A DNA stretch of 64,000 bases from Squalus acanthias (Eukaryota). The notes beneath the pieces were generated by a model. The model was given only the letters and a program-made list of their open reading frames with translations. It ran no database searches and had not been told where the DNA came from. The position numbers were made by a program, and so were the translations under genes. Below are positions 24,801 to 36,261 of this stretch, piece after piece. The stretch lies in contig JASTWF010000349.1 in the NCBI GenBank assembly GCA_030390025.1, positions 372,001-436,000 on the forward strand. Direction: 5' to 3'. Position 1 is the first letter of the stretch; every line of letters starts with the position of its first letter.

Positions 24801-26489
24801 CCTGGAGTCACGTCTGCGGCCACAGAAACGTCTATCTGTTCTCACAATAGAATCCCCTATCACTATTGCTCTCCCACTCTTTTTCCTCCCCTCCTATGCA
24901 GCTGAGCCACTCGTAGTGCCACGGACTTGGCTCTTGCTGCATTCTCCTGAGAAATCATCTCCCCCAGCAGTGTCCAAAACGGAAAATCTGTTGGAGAGGG
25001 AGATGGACCCAGGGGACTTCTGCACTACCTTCCTAGTTCTTGTACTCTGTCTGGCGGTCACCCATTTCCTATCTGCCTGTGCACTCTTTACCTGCGGTGT
25101 GACAACCTCGTAAAACGTGCTATCCACGAAGATCTCAGCCTCGCGGATGCTCCACAGTGACTCCAGCCGCAGCTCCAGCTCCGCAACGCGGATTTTGAGT
25201 AGCTGCAGCTAGAGACACTTCCTGCACATGTGTTCGCCCTGGACACCGAAAGTGTCCCTGACTTCCCACATAGCACAGGAGGAGCACTCCACGCTGCCGA
25301 GCTGCCCTGCCATGTCCTACCCTTAATTTACTCCCTTTACTTCCTTTAAATTAAAGAATATTAAATACACTAGGGACCTTACTTCACTTTACACACTACC
25401 TACTCTAAACTAGAGACCTTACTTTTACTTTAACGACTGGACTGTAGAAATACTCACCAGGTCCTACTTACCAATCAGCTCCTTCCCTGGTTGTGACGTC
25501 ACTTTAGCGGTTTTGCAGTTGTTGTTGTTTGACTGCTCCCGCACACGGACTCTTTCCTGGGTGTAAAGTAAGAACCAAATCCTACAGAGTGAAAAGTTAG
25601 GGAAAGCAACGGTGAAGCAAGGGAGCGCCTCCTTCCACTCCTCACCCACCTAATTCCCTCACTCACCCAACTCTCAGCACTCTGTGCAAACCGCACTTAG
25701 TGCAAATCGCACTGCAAAGCCTGATTTTATAGGACCTGAAACAAAGGAGCTTGCTGAGCCCTTCTACAGGAGAACCAGTTTAATCTAGTTTCCCTAATTA
25801 ATTGCCTTCAGCTGCTCTGAATTGTAGACCTTGTATATCCCTTTATAACCCTGCTTAAAGCTGGGAAATTTAGATTTTAAACAATAAACAGTAACAGTCA
25901 ATGTGAAACAAACAAAAGTTTGATTTTAGCAAACAGTTAAGACTCCCTGACTCACCCAACTCGCAGCACTCTGTTTAAAGCAGCCCATCCACCACCTTAA
26001 ACATCCAAACCCTTCACCACCGGCGCACCACGCAGTGTGTACCATCTGCAAGATGCAGTGCAGCAACTCACCAAGGCTTCTTCGACAGCACCTCCTAAAC
26101 CCGCGACCTCTACCACCCAGAAGGATAAGGGCAGCAGGCGCATGGGAACACCACCATCTCCAAGTTCCCCTCCAAGTCATACAACATCCTGACTAAGAAA
26201 TATATCGCCGTTCCTTCATTGTCGCTGGGTCAAAATCCTAGAACTCCCTCCCTAACAGCACTGTGGTAGTACCTTCACCACACGCACTGCAGCGGTTCAA
26301 GAAGGCGGCTCACCACCACCTTCTCAAGGGCAACTAGGGATGGGCAATAAATGCTGGCCTTGCCAGCGACACCCACATCCCGTGAAGGAATACATTTTTA
26401 AAAAGTGTTGATGTTGGTTCAGTTACCATGTGAGATCCTGGAGTACTAGTTCCTTGATGGATTGACGTTGGGTCCATTAACATGTGAGA

Positions 26490-29400
26490 AGACCTGAAAG
26501 GAGTCGGCAGCCCCGGAGAAGGCAGAGGATAAAGAGCACGGGAGGCCGAGGACAGCGGACCTGAAAGGATTCGGCAGCAACGGAAAAGGCAGAGGATAAT
26601 TCAGAGCAGCTGAAGACAGTTAATTAAGGAAACTAGGCCTATAAAAACAGGCTTCGCAGTGGGATCTGCACGAAGTGCGGTTTGCACAGAGTGCTGAGAG
26701 TTGGGTGAGTGAGGGAATTAGGTGGGTGAGGAGTGGAAGGAGGAGCTCCCTTGCTTCACCGTTGCTTTCCCTAACTTTTCACTCTGTAGGATTTGGTTCT
26801 TACTTTACACCCAGGAAAGAGTCCATGTGCGGGAGCAGTCAAACAACAACAACTACAAAACCGCTAAAGTGACATCACAACCAGGGAAGGAGCTGATTGG
26901 TAAGTAGGACCTGGTGAGTATTTCTACAGTCCAGTCGTTAAAGTAAAAGTAAGGTCTCTAGTTTAGAGTAAGTAGTGTGTAAAGTGAAGTAAGGTCCCTA
27001 GTGTATTAATATTCTTTAATTTAGAGGAAGTAAAGTGAGTAAATTAAGGGTAGGACATGGCAGGGCAGCTCGGCAGCGTGGAGTGCTCCTCCTGTGCTAT
27101 GTGGGAAGTCAGGGACACTTTAGGTGTCCAGGGCGAACACGTGTGCAGGAAGTGTCTCCAGCTGCAGCTACTCAAAATCTGCATTCTGGAACTGCGGCTG
27201 GAGTCACTGTGGAGCATCCGCGAAGCTGAGATCTTCGTGGATAGCACGTTTAACGAGGTGGTCACACCACAGGTAAAGAGTGCACAGGCAGACAGGGAAT
27301 GGGTGACCGCCAGACAGAGTAAAAGAACTAGGAAGGTAGTGCAGGAGTACCCTGGGTCCATCTCTCTCTCCAACAGATTTTCCGTTTTGGACACTGCTGG
27401 GGGAGATGGTTTCTCAGGGGAATGCAGCAAGAACCAATTCTGTGGCACTACGAGTGGCTCAGCTGCACAGGAGGGGAGGAAAAGGAGTGGGAGAGCAATA
27501 GTGATAGGGGATTCTATCGTAAGGGGAACAGATAGATGTTTCTGTGGCCGCAGACGTGACTCCAGGATGGTATGTTGCCTCCCTGGTGCCAGGGTCAAGG
27601 ATGTCATTAAGCGGCTGCCGGACATTCTGAAGGGGGAGGGTGAACAGCCAGAGGTTGTGGTCCATATCGGTACCAACGACATAGGTAGAAAGAGGGATGA
27701 GGTCCTGCAAGCAGAATATAGGGAGCTAGGAAATAAATTAAAAAGCAGGACCTCAAAGGTAGCAACCTCAGAATTACTCCCAATGCCACGTGCTAGCGAG
27801 AGCAGAAATAGGAGAATAGACCAGATGAATGCGTGGCTGGAGAGATGGTGTAGGAGGGAGGGATTTAAGTTCCTGAGTCATTGGGACCGATTCTGGGGAA
27901 GGTGGGACCTGTACAAGCTGGGCGGGTTGCATCTCGGCAGAACTGGGACCAATATCCTCGCAGGGGGGTTTGCTAGTGCTGTTGGGAAGGATTTAAACTA
28001 GTTTGTCAGGGGACTGGGAACCTAAGTGTGGGCCCAGAACAGAGAGAAACAAAGCTGGAAGTGCAAGTTAGAAAAGTAGTCAGCAAAACTAGTAGAGAGC
28101 AGAAACAAAGGCCAACAGTAAAGAGGGTCAAAGTGCAGAAAAATATTAAACAGGCAAAGTTGAAGGCACTTTATCTAAATGCACGTAGCATTCGCAACAA
28201 GGTGGATGAATTAATGGCACTAATAGAAGTAAATACGTATGATGTAATTGCCATTACAGAGACATGGTTGCAGGGTAACCAAAGCTGGGAACTGAATGTT
28301 CCAGGGTACTCAACATTTAGGCAGGAGAGACAAAAAGGAAATGGAAGTGGCGTAGCGCTGTTAATAAGGGATGAGATCGGTACGGTAGAGATAAAAGATT
28401 GGCTTGGCAGATCATGATGTAGAACTGGAATCAGTTTGGGTGGAGCTAAGAAACAGCAAAGGGCGGAAAACATTGGTGGGAGTTGTGTATAGACCACCAA
28501 ACAGTAATGGTAATGTAGGCCACAGTGTCAATCAAGAGATTAGAAGTGCATGTAACCAGGGCAATACGGTAATCACGGGGGACCTTAATCTACATATTGA
28601 CTGGGCAAATCAAATTACCACTAATGGTGTGGAGGACGAATTCTTGGAATGCATGCGAGATGGTTTCCTGGATCAGTATGTGGAGGAACCAACCAGGGAA
28701 CAGGCTATTCTGGATCTGGTACTGTGTAATGAGAAAGGGCTAATCAATAATCTTGTGGTAAAGAGGCCTTTAGGGACAAGTGACCATAATATGATTGAAT
28801 TTTACATTAAGTTTGAGAGTGATGTAGTCCAATCTGAAACTAAGGTCTTCAATCTAAACAGAGGAAACTACAAGGGTATGAGGGACAAGTTGGCTGGTAG
28901 ATTGGGAGACTACACTAAAAGGTATGAAGGTGGACATTCAAGGAAATAATGCATAATTTGCAACAAACATATATTCCTCTAGGGCATAAAAACCCAAAAG
29001 GAAAAATGATCCAACCATGGCTAACAAAAGAAATTAAAGCTAGTATCAAGTCAAAGGAGGAAGCTTATAAAGTTGCCAGAAAAAGCGGTCAGCCTGAGGA
29101 TTGGGATCTTTTTAGAAATCAGCAAAGGGGGACCAAAAAATTGATAAAGAAAGGGAAAATGGAATATGAGCACAAACTAGCGAAAAATATAAAAACGGAT
29201 TGTAAAAGCTTCTATAGGTATGTGAAAAGGAAAAGACTGGCGAGGGAAATGTAGGTCCTTTACAGTCAGAGACGGGAGAATTTATAATGGGGAATGAGGA
29301 AATGGCAGAGAAATTAAATAAATACTTTGTTTCTGTTTTCACGGAGGAAGACACAAATAACCTCCCAGAAATACGAGAAAACCAAGGGTGTGACGAGAAT

Positions 29401-31028
29401 GAGGAACTTAAAGAAATTATTATTAGTAAAAAAAACAGTACTAGTAAAATTAATGGGACTAAAAGTCGATAAATCCCAAGGACCGGATGACCTACATCCT
29501 AGGGTTTTGAAAGAGGTGGCCATTGGGATAGTGGACGCATTGGTCGTCATCTTCCAAAATTCTATAGATTCTGGAATGGTTCCTGCAGATTGGAGGATAG
29601 CAAATGTAACCCAGCTATTTAAGAAAGGAGGGAGAGAGAAAACGGGGAATGACAGACCTGTTAGCCTCACATCAGTAGTTGGGAAAATGCTGGAATCTAT
29701 TATAAAGGATGCAATAACTGGGCACTTAGAAACTAATAAGATTGGGCAGAGTCGACATGGATTTATGAAAGGGAAGTCCTGTTTGACAAACCTATTGGAG
29801 TTCTTTGAGGATGTAACTAGTGGAGTAGACAAAGGGGAACCGGTAGATGTGGTGTATTTGGATTTTCAGAAGGCCTTCGATAAGGTCCCACACAAGAGGT
29901 TGGTGAAGAAAATTAGGGTACATGGAATTGGGGGTAATAAACTAGCATGAATTGAGAATTGGTTAACAGACAGAAAACAAAGAGTAGGGATAAACGGGTC
30001 TTTTTCAGGATGGCAGGCTGTGACTAGTGGGGTACTGCAAGGATCGGTGCTTGGGCCCCAGCTATTCACAATCTATATCAATGATTTGGATGAGGGGACT
30101 AAATGTAACATTTCCAAATTTGCTGATGACACAAAGCTAGGTGGCAGTGTCAGTTGCGAAGTGGATGTGAAGAGGTTTCAAGGGGATCTCGACAGGCTCA
30201 GTGAGTGGGCGAGAACATAGCAGATGGATTATAATGTGGATAAATGTGAAGTTATCCACTTTGGTAGAAAAAACAGAATGGCAGAGTATTTCCTAAATGG
30301 TGAAAGATTGAGGAATGCAGATGCTCAAAAGGACCTGGGTGTCCTTGTACATGAGTCACTGAAAGTGAATGTGCAGGTGCAGCAAGCCATTAGGAAGACA
30401 AATGGTATGCTGGCCTTCATTACAAGAGGATTTGAGTACAGGACTAAAGAAGTCTTACTCCAATTATATAGGGCCTTGGTGAGACCACACCTGGAGTACT
30501 GTGTACAATTTTGGTCTCCTTACCTAAGGAAGGATATACTTGCCATGGAGGGAGTGCAACGAAGGTTCACCAGATTGATTCCTGGGATGGCGGGACTGTC
30601 GTATGAGAAGAGATTGAGTAAACTAGGCCTGTATTCTCTTGAATTCAGAAGAATGAGAGGAGATCTCATTGAAGCATACAAAATTATTACAGGGCTTGAC
30701 AGGGTGGATGCTGGGAGAATGTTTCCCTTGGCTGGGTAGTCTAGAACCAGGGGCCACAGCCTCAGGATAAAGGGTAGGCCATTCAGTACAGAGATGAGAA
30801 GAAACTTCATCACAGAGGGGCGTGAATCTTTGGAATTCTCTACCCCAGAGGGCTGTGGAGGCTCAGTCATTGGGTATATTCAAAACAGAAGTCGATAGAT
30901 TTCTGACTAGTAAGGGCATCAGGGGATATGGCAATAGGGCCGGTGAATGGAGTTGAGGCAGAAGATCAGCCATGATCTCATCGAAGGGCCGAATGGCCTA
31001 CTCCTGCTCCTATTTCTTATGTTCTTAA
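26490..31028 (+). mobile_element. Near full-length CR1 with open ORF1 and disrupted ORF2
   Basis: 5' UTR with a duplicated motif (26491/26558); ORF1 27057-28001; ORF2 fragments 28028-30960 (ITETW, YRPP, YLDFQKAFD, FADD); tail TTTCTTATGTTCTTA. Confidence 0.93.
27057..28001 (+). CDS. CR1 ORF1p: CxxC...CxxC zinc finger, leucine zipper and SGNH/GDSL-type esterase domain (314 aa)
   Basis: CSSC...CRKC, IGDSIVRG, LPGA, HIGTND and GLHL in an uninterrupted frame starting at ATG. Confidence 0.85.
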   Translation: MAGQLGSVECSSCAMWEVRDTLGVQGEHVCRKCLQLQLLKICILELRLESLWSIREAEIFVDSTFNEVVTPQVKSAQADREWVTARQSKRTRKVVQEYPGSISLSNRFSVLDTAGGDGFSGECSKNQFCGTTSGSAAQEGRKRSGRAIVIGDSIVRGTDRCFCGRRRDSRMVCCLPGARVKDVIKRLPDILKGEGEQPEVVVHIGTNDIGRKRDEVLQAEYRELGNKLKSRTSKVATSELLPMPRASESRNRRIDQMNAWLERWCRREGFKFLSHWDRFWGRWDLYKLGGLHLGRTGTNILAGGFASAVGKDLN

Positions 31029-31879
31029 GAGTCAGGCCAGTGGTGATGGAGAAAGATGAAGGAATGTGGCCATAAAGATAACACCGTGTCTGACCACTAT
31101 GGTATCAGTGATCGAGGCCTCATGCGGGCAAAGATTGGTTGGTGGGACGGTGGATGGTGGGGTGGGTGTGGTTTCTGCTACAGGAGAGGTAGCAGTGGGA
31201 GGCCGTGAGTTTGTGTATGAGATACTTGTGCCCAGGGCAATGATAGGAGCGCAGAGGTCGGTAGGAGAGTAGTGTTGAGTGCTGGAGATGTGGTAGATAA
31301 AAGGGCTTGATTAGGGAAAACCTAAGAGGTTAAGGAAGTGGCTGTAATGTGACCGGTGTGTTGGGGTCCAAAGCAACAGCCATTATGCAGTAGAATGTTG
31401 ATGACATCATCCATTAGCAGAGAGCTTGGTATTGCGAAGGAATGATGAGGTAATCAGTCTGGAGTCTTGAGGGAAGGTACTCGAGGCAGAATACGATGGA
31501 GAAGTGGAGTCCAGTTTGAGAACTTGATGGGGTTGGAGGAGGAGGGGGACCAGCTCAGCAGCCAACAGATCAGGCAACAGCAGTCTCATTACCCATCCAG
31601 GTGAATGTAGATTCATCCAGGATCTGCCTTCAGGAGAACGCTTGCAGTTCTGTTGGCCAGAAGGCTGTTTGCACAGCACTCGAGTGATAACAAGGGCTGA
31701 TCGGTTTCACATGCGTGCCACATTTGACACTGGCCCTGTGAAAGAACCCAGACTGGCTTCACATCTCCCTGCTGCTTTCACACTGTGCTTTGACCTTGTA
31801 TGGGCCGTGTATACTGGGAGGGGTTGGTCTGTTTGGGAATGTTGTTGGTGATGTGCTGTTCTTTGTTGTACTGCTGCTT

Positions 31880-33130
31880 ATTGGTGATGCTTTGTTGAGA
31901 GCGGCCGGGCCGTGTTTGGCGAGGGGGCCGGGCCGAGCCAGGGGAAGTGTAAAGCCCCTTTTGGAGGAGCTGATGGAGGCTTTTGGCGATCGAGAGCCAG
32001 TTTGGGCTGTGTATAGGTCGGGAGCCGCCTGCTCCAGCCAGCTGCAGGCAGGCTGAAGGTGTTGGATGTGGGCTCTGGTCCCGACTCTGGAGGAGGCGGC
32101 CGAGCATCGAGCCCAGTGTGAGCTGGACAGTGGCCGGGGCTCCTGGAGAGGCAGCAGCAGCTGGAGCATTTCCCTGTGGCCGCGAGCTGTGCCTGGAGCG
32201 ATTTGGAGAAGGACGCGGCCTCACAGATCATCAATCTCACAATGAACGCTCCAGCAGACTGTTGCCCCGGGGACGAAGTGCATGAAGAGCCCAGGTCGCT
32301 GCTATCTGTCAGTGCTGAGAATGAGCGAGTAACATGAGTGGGCCTGCTGTCCCCTTGGTTCCCTCCCTGATCTCCTCCTCCCTCGCTCCCAGATCTCACC
32401 GACATCCCCCGCTCCCCTCCTCCCTCCCCGCCCTCCTCCTCCCCGCCCTCCTCCTCCCTCCCTCCCCGCCCTCCTCCTCCCTCCCTCCCCGCCCTCCTCC
32501 TCCCTCNNNNNNNNNNNNNNNNNNNNNNNNNNNNNNNNNNNNNNNNNNNNNNNNNNNNNNNNNNNNNNNNNNNNNNNNNNNNNNNNNNNNNNNNNNNNNN
32601 NNNNNNNNNNNNNNNNNNNNNNNNNNNNNNNNNNNNNNNNNNNNNNNNNNNNNNNNNNNNNNNNNNNNNNNNNNNNNNNNNNNNNNNNNNNNNNNNNNNN
32701 NNNNNNNNNNNNNNNNNNNNNNNNNNNNNNNNNNNNNNNNNNNNNNNNNNNNNNNNNNNNNNNNNNNNNNNNNNNNNNNNNNNNNNNNNNNNNNNNNNNN
32801 NNNNNNNNNNNNNNNNNNNNNNNNNNNNNNNNNNNNNNNNNNNNNNNNNNNNNNNNNNNNNNNNNNNNNNNNNNNNNNNNNNCCCCCCCTCGACTCCCTC
32901 CCTCCCCCAGCCTCGACTCCCTCCCTCCCTCCCCTCCCCCCCTCGACTCCTTCGCCTCCCTCCCAGCGGGAGGCTCAGTCACCACTCTCTGATAGTTGAG
33001 CTGTGCTGTAACCCTGCTGGCTTCAGCTCCTGTACCATGAGCAGAGGGATGGACACAGCCCTCGCGGGGCTGGCTTGGACTGACAGTAGCTCCCCCCTCC
33101 CTGGTACAGCAGGGCCGCCAATGGTGGAGC
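31880..33130 (+). promoter_or_regulatory. GC/CpG-rich unique segment, candidate alternative promoter or first exon, spanning an assembly gap
   Basis: Local CpG enrichment, ATTGG near 31880, GC-box-like motifs and C-rich low-complexity tracts on either side of the N run. Confidence 0.35.
32507..32882. other. Assembly gap (376 N)
   Basis: Run of N flanked by C/T-rich low-complexity sequence. Confidence 1.
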
Positions 33131-33159
33131 GATAAAAATTGGGGATGCGCAAGAATCAT

Positions 33160-35192
33160 ATGGCATAAAAATAAAACAAAGGGTGACTCAACTGTGGCTA
33201 ACAAGGGAAATTAGGGATAGCATAAGATCCAAGGAGAGGACATATAAATTGGCCAGAAAAAACAGCAAACCTGAGGATTGGGAGCAGTTTAGGATTCAGC
33301 AAAGGGATTAATTAAGAAGGGGAAAATAGAATATGAGAGTAAGCTTGCAGGGAACATAAAAACTGACTGTAAAAGCTTCTATAGATATGTGAAGAGAAAA
33401 AGATTGGTGAAGTCAAGCGTAGGTCCCTTGCAGTCAGAATCAGGGGAATTTATAATGGGGAACAAAGAAATGGCTGACCAATTAAATACATACTTTGGTT
33501 CTGTCTTCACAAAGGAGGACACAAATAACCTCCCAGAGATGTCGGGGAACATAGGGTCTAATGAGAGGGAGGAATTGAATGAAATCAGTATTTGTAGGGA
33601 AATTGACGGGATTGAAGGCCGATAAATCCCCAAGGACTGATAATCTACATCCTAGGGTACTTAAGGAAGTGGCCCGAGAAATAGTAGATGCATTGCTGGT
33701 CATCTTTCAAAATTCTATAGACTCTGGAACAGTTCCCATGGATTGGAGGGTAGCTAATGTAACCCCACTATTTAAAAAAGGTGGTAGAGAAAAAACTGGG
33801 AATTATAGACCGGTAAGCCTGACATCGGTAGTGGGCAAAATGCTAGAGGCCATTATAAAAGATGCACTTGGAAAACAGCGACAGGATCAGACAAGGTCAA
33901 CATGGATTTACAAAAGGGAAATCATGCCTGACTAATCTACTGGAATTTTTTGAGGATGTAACTGGTAGAATAGATAAGGGAGAACCAGTGGATGTGGTGT
34001 ATTTGGACTTTCAGAAGGCTTTCGATAAGGTCCCGCATAAGAGATTAGCGTGCAAAGTTAAAGCACATGGGATTGGGGGTAAGGTACTGATTTGGATAGA
34101 GAACTGGTTGGCAGACAGGAAGCAAAGAGTTGGAATAAACGTGTCTTTTTCCGAGTGGCAGGCAGTGACTAGTGGGGTACCGCAGGGATCGGTGCTAGGA
34201 CCCCAGCTATTCACAATATATATTCATGATCTAGACGAGGGAACTAGATGTAATATCTCTAAGTTTGCAGATGATACAAAGCTGGGTGGGCGTGTGTCCT
34301 GTGAGGAGGATGCAGAGAAACTCCAGTATGATTTGGACAGGTTGGGTGATTGGGCAGATGCATGGCAGATGCTATATAACGTGGATAAATGCGAGGTTAT
34401 CCACTTTGGTGGCAAAAACAGGAAGACAGATTATTATCTGAACGGCAATAGATTGGGAAAAAGGGAAGTGCAACGAGATCTGGGAGTCCTTGTGCACCAG
34501 TTGCTGAAGGTAAGCATGCAGGTGCAGCAGGCGGTTAAGAAGGCAAATGGTATGTTGGCCTTCATAGCGAGAGGATTCGAGTACAGGAGCAAGGATGTCT
34601 TGCTGCAGTTGTACAAGGCCTTGGTGAGACCACACCTTGAGTATTGTGTGCAGTTTTGGTCGCCTTATCTGAGGAAGGATGTTCTTGCCATGGAGGGAGT
34701 GCAGCGAAGATTTAACAGACTGATACCTGGGATGGCAGGAATGACGTATGAAGAGAGATTGGGTCGCTTGGGCTTATATTCGCTAGAGTTTAGAAGAATG
34801 AGAGGGGATCTCATTGAAACTTATAAAATTCCAACAGGATTAGACAGACTAGATGCAGGAAGGATGTTCCCGATGGCAGGGGAGTACAGAACCAGGGGTC
34901 ACAGTCTAAGGGTAAGGGGTAAGCCATTTAGGACTGAGATGAGGAGGAATTTCTTCACCCAGAGAGTGGTGAACCTGTGGAATTCTCTACCACAGAAGAC
35001 AGTTGAGGCCAATTCATTAAATATATTCAAGAAGGAGATAGATATATTTCTTAAGGCTAAAGGGATCAAGGGATATGGGGAGAAGGCAGGGACCGGGTAC
35101 TGAATTTGGATGATCAGCCATGATCTCATTAAATGGCGGAGCAGGCTCGAGGGGCCGAATGGCCTACTCCTGCTCCTATCTCCTATGTTTCT
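33160..35192 (+). mobile_element. 5'-truncated CR1 (family A)
   Basis: ORFs 33389-35103 are highly similar to 2581-4662 and end in the same 3' UTR. Confidence 0.95.
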
Positions 35193-35500
35193 AGGCCAGA
35201 ATTGGAGGAGCGCAGAGTTCTTGGAGGGTTGTAGGGCTGGAGGAGGTTGCAGCGATAGGGAGGGGGCGAGGAGGCCATGGCGGGATCTGAAAACAAGGAT
35301 GAGAATTTTAAAATCAAGGCGTTGAACCGGAAGCCGGTGTCGGACAGCGAGCACAGGGGTGATGGGTGAACCGGACTTGGTGTGAGTTAGGACATGGGCA
35401 GCAAAGTTTTTGATGAGCTCAAGTTCCTGGAAGGTGGGAGGCCGCCCAGGAGTATGTTGGAATAGTGGAGTCTAGAGGTAACAAAGGCATGGATGAATCT
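35193..35500 (-). mobile_element. L2-like LINE C-terminal fragment
   Basis: IHAFVTSRLHYSNILLGGLP and LPVQRLDFKILILVFRSRHGL motifs. Confidence 0.75.
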
Positions 35501-36000
35501 CCTGAGGAACATTATGTTCCTCTCGATGCTGGCGCCCAACATCCAGCTCACATCCACGACTGTTTGAAATGTGCTGTGTCCAGCCCCTGCAGTGCACGGT
35601 GCCATGAGGACAAGTCCTTCCGCTGTGAACAGCGTTGTCCTCATCGCTTCGTCACAGACGCCTGCTCCCTGGATGCTGCCTGTGTAGCTCTGGAGCCGGT
35701 CGCTGCAGGGGCGTCACACTCATTCAGCCCAGTCCCTTCTCTCCCCGCCGATGGGAAACGGCTTGTTTCCTCTTGCTGGTCGTTGTGACCTTGCTGTATG
35801 AAAAGCTCACGTCAACAGCACAGTTATTATTTATACTCCGGTGCTTACAAAAACAGATGGACATTGTATTTGGAATGAGCTGACATTTTCTGCTTGAAGG
35901 CATTGCATGAGGTTTAAAGGAAAGAGTTACCTCTGACAGTACAGGCTCAATCCAGTTTATTTTCTGTGTTGGTATTAATGCATTACTTAATCCAAAGCAA

Positions 36001-36261
36001 CACAGCCCCTCACTGACAGACCTGTACCCACCCGTACTGTACCCAGTGTTACAGCTCACAGTGCCCTCTCCCCACACAGCCCCTCACTGACAGACCTGGA
36101 CCCACCCGTACTGTACCCAGTGTTACAGCTCACAGTGCCCTCTCCACACACAGCCCCTCACTGACACCCCTGTACCCACCCGTACTGTACCCAGTGTTAT
36201 AGCTCACAGTGCCCTCTCCACACACAGCCCCTCACTGACAGACCTGTACCCACCCGTACCC
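36001..36261. repeat. 74-bp minisatellite, about 3.5 copies
   Basis: CACAGCCCCTCACTGAC at 36001, 36075, 36149 and 36223. Confidence 0.95.

Larger units (their letters stand above)
20368..25976 (-). mobile_element. Near full-length CR1 (family E) interrupted near its 3' end by a copied genomic segment
   Basis: 5' UTR about 25315-25950, ORF1 fragments (GDSIVR, HIGTND, DGLHLN; 24303-25313), endonuclease 23540-24409, RT 21830-23352 (YMDFSKAFD, FADD), 3' tail at 20368-20547. Confidence 0.9.
4791..26404 (+). mobile_element. One family-B LINE broken by nested insertions: pieces 4791-5104, 10080-10376, 11551-12047, 14552-14765, 15220-15461 (repeated in the duplication, running on at 19474-20367) and 25977-26404
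   Basis: The pieces are collinear: SINE-like head, endonuclease (GGGGACTTCAATGTCCATCAC = GDFNVHH near 11731), tether (KPGDQPWFNEEC), RT start (KAMSPDNIPAVVLKTCAPEL, QFGFRQDHS), and a 3' end matching 1-512. Junctions carry short duplications (CATCCAT, GACTA). The minisatellite flanks both ends. Confidence 0.75.

Noticed and set aside
27057..28001. Esterase-containing ORF1 as a novelty
   Set aside because: SGNH esterase domains in CR1-clade ORF1 proteins are already established.
31759..32405. Overlapping minus-strand ORFs of 136-175 aa
   Set aside because: GC-rich sequence open in several frames, non-ATG starts and no recognisable domain.
32302..33204. ORFs of 221-300 aa spanning the N run
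   Set aside because: Artefacts of the assembly gap and low-complexity flanks.
35600..35720. H/ACA snoRNA (two hairpins followed by ACA)
   Set aside because: No ANANNA H-box in the hinge, so it is kept only as a generic stem-loop.
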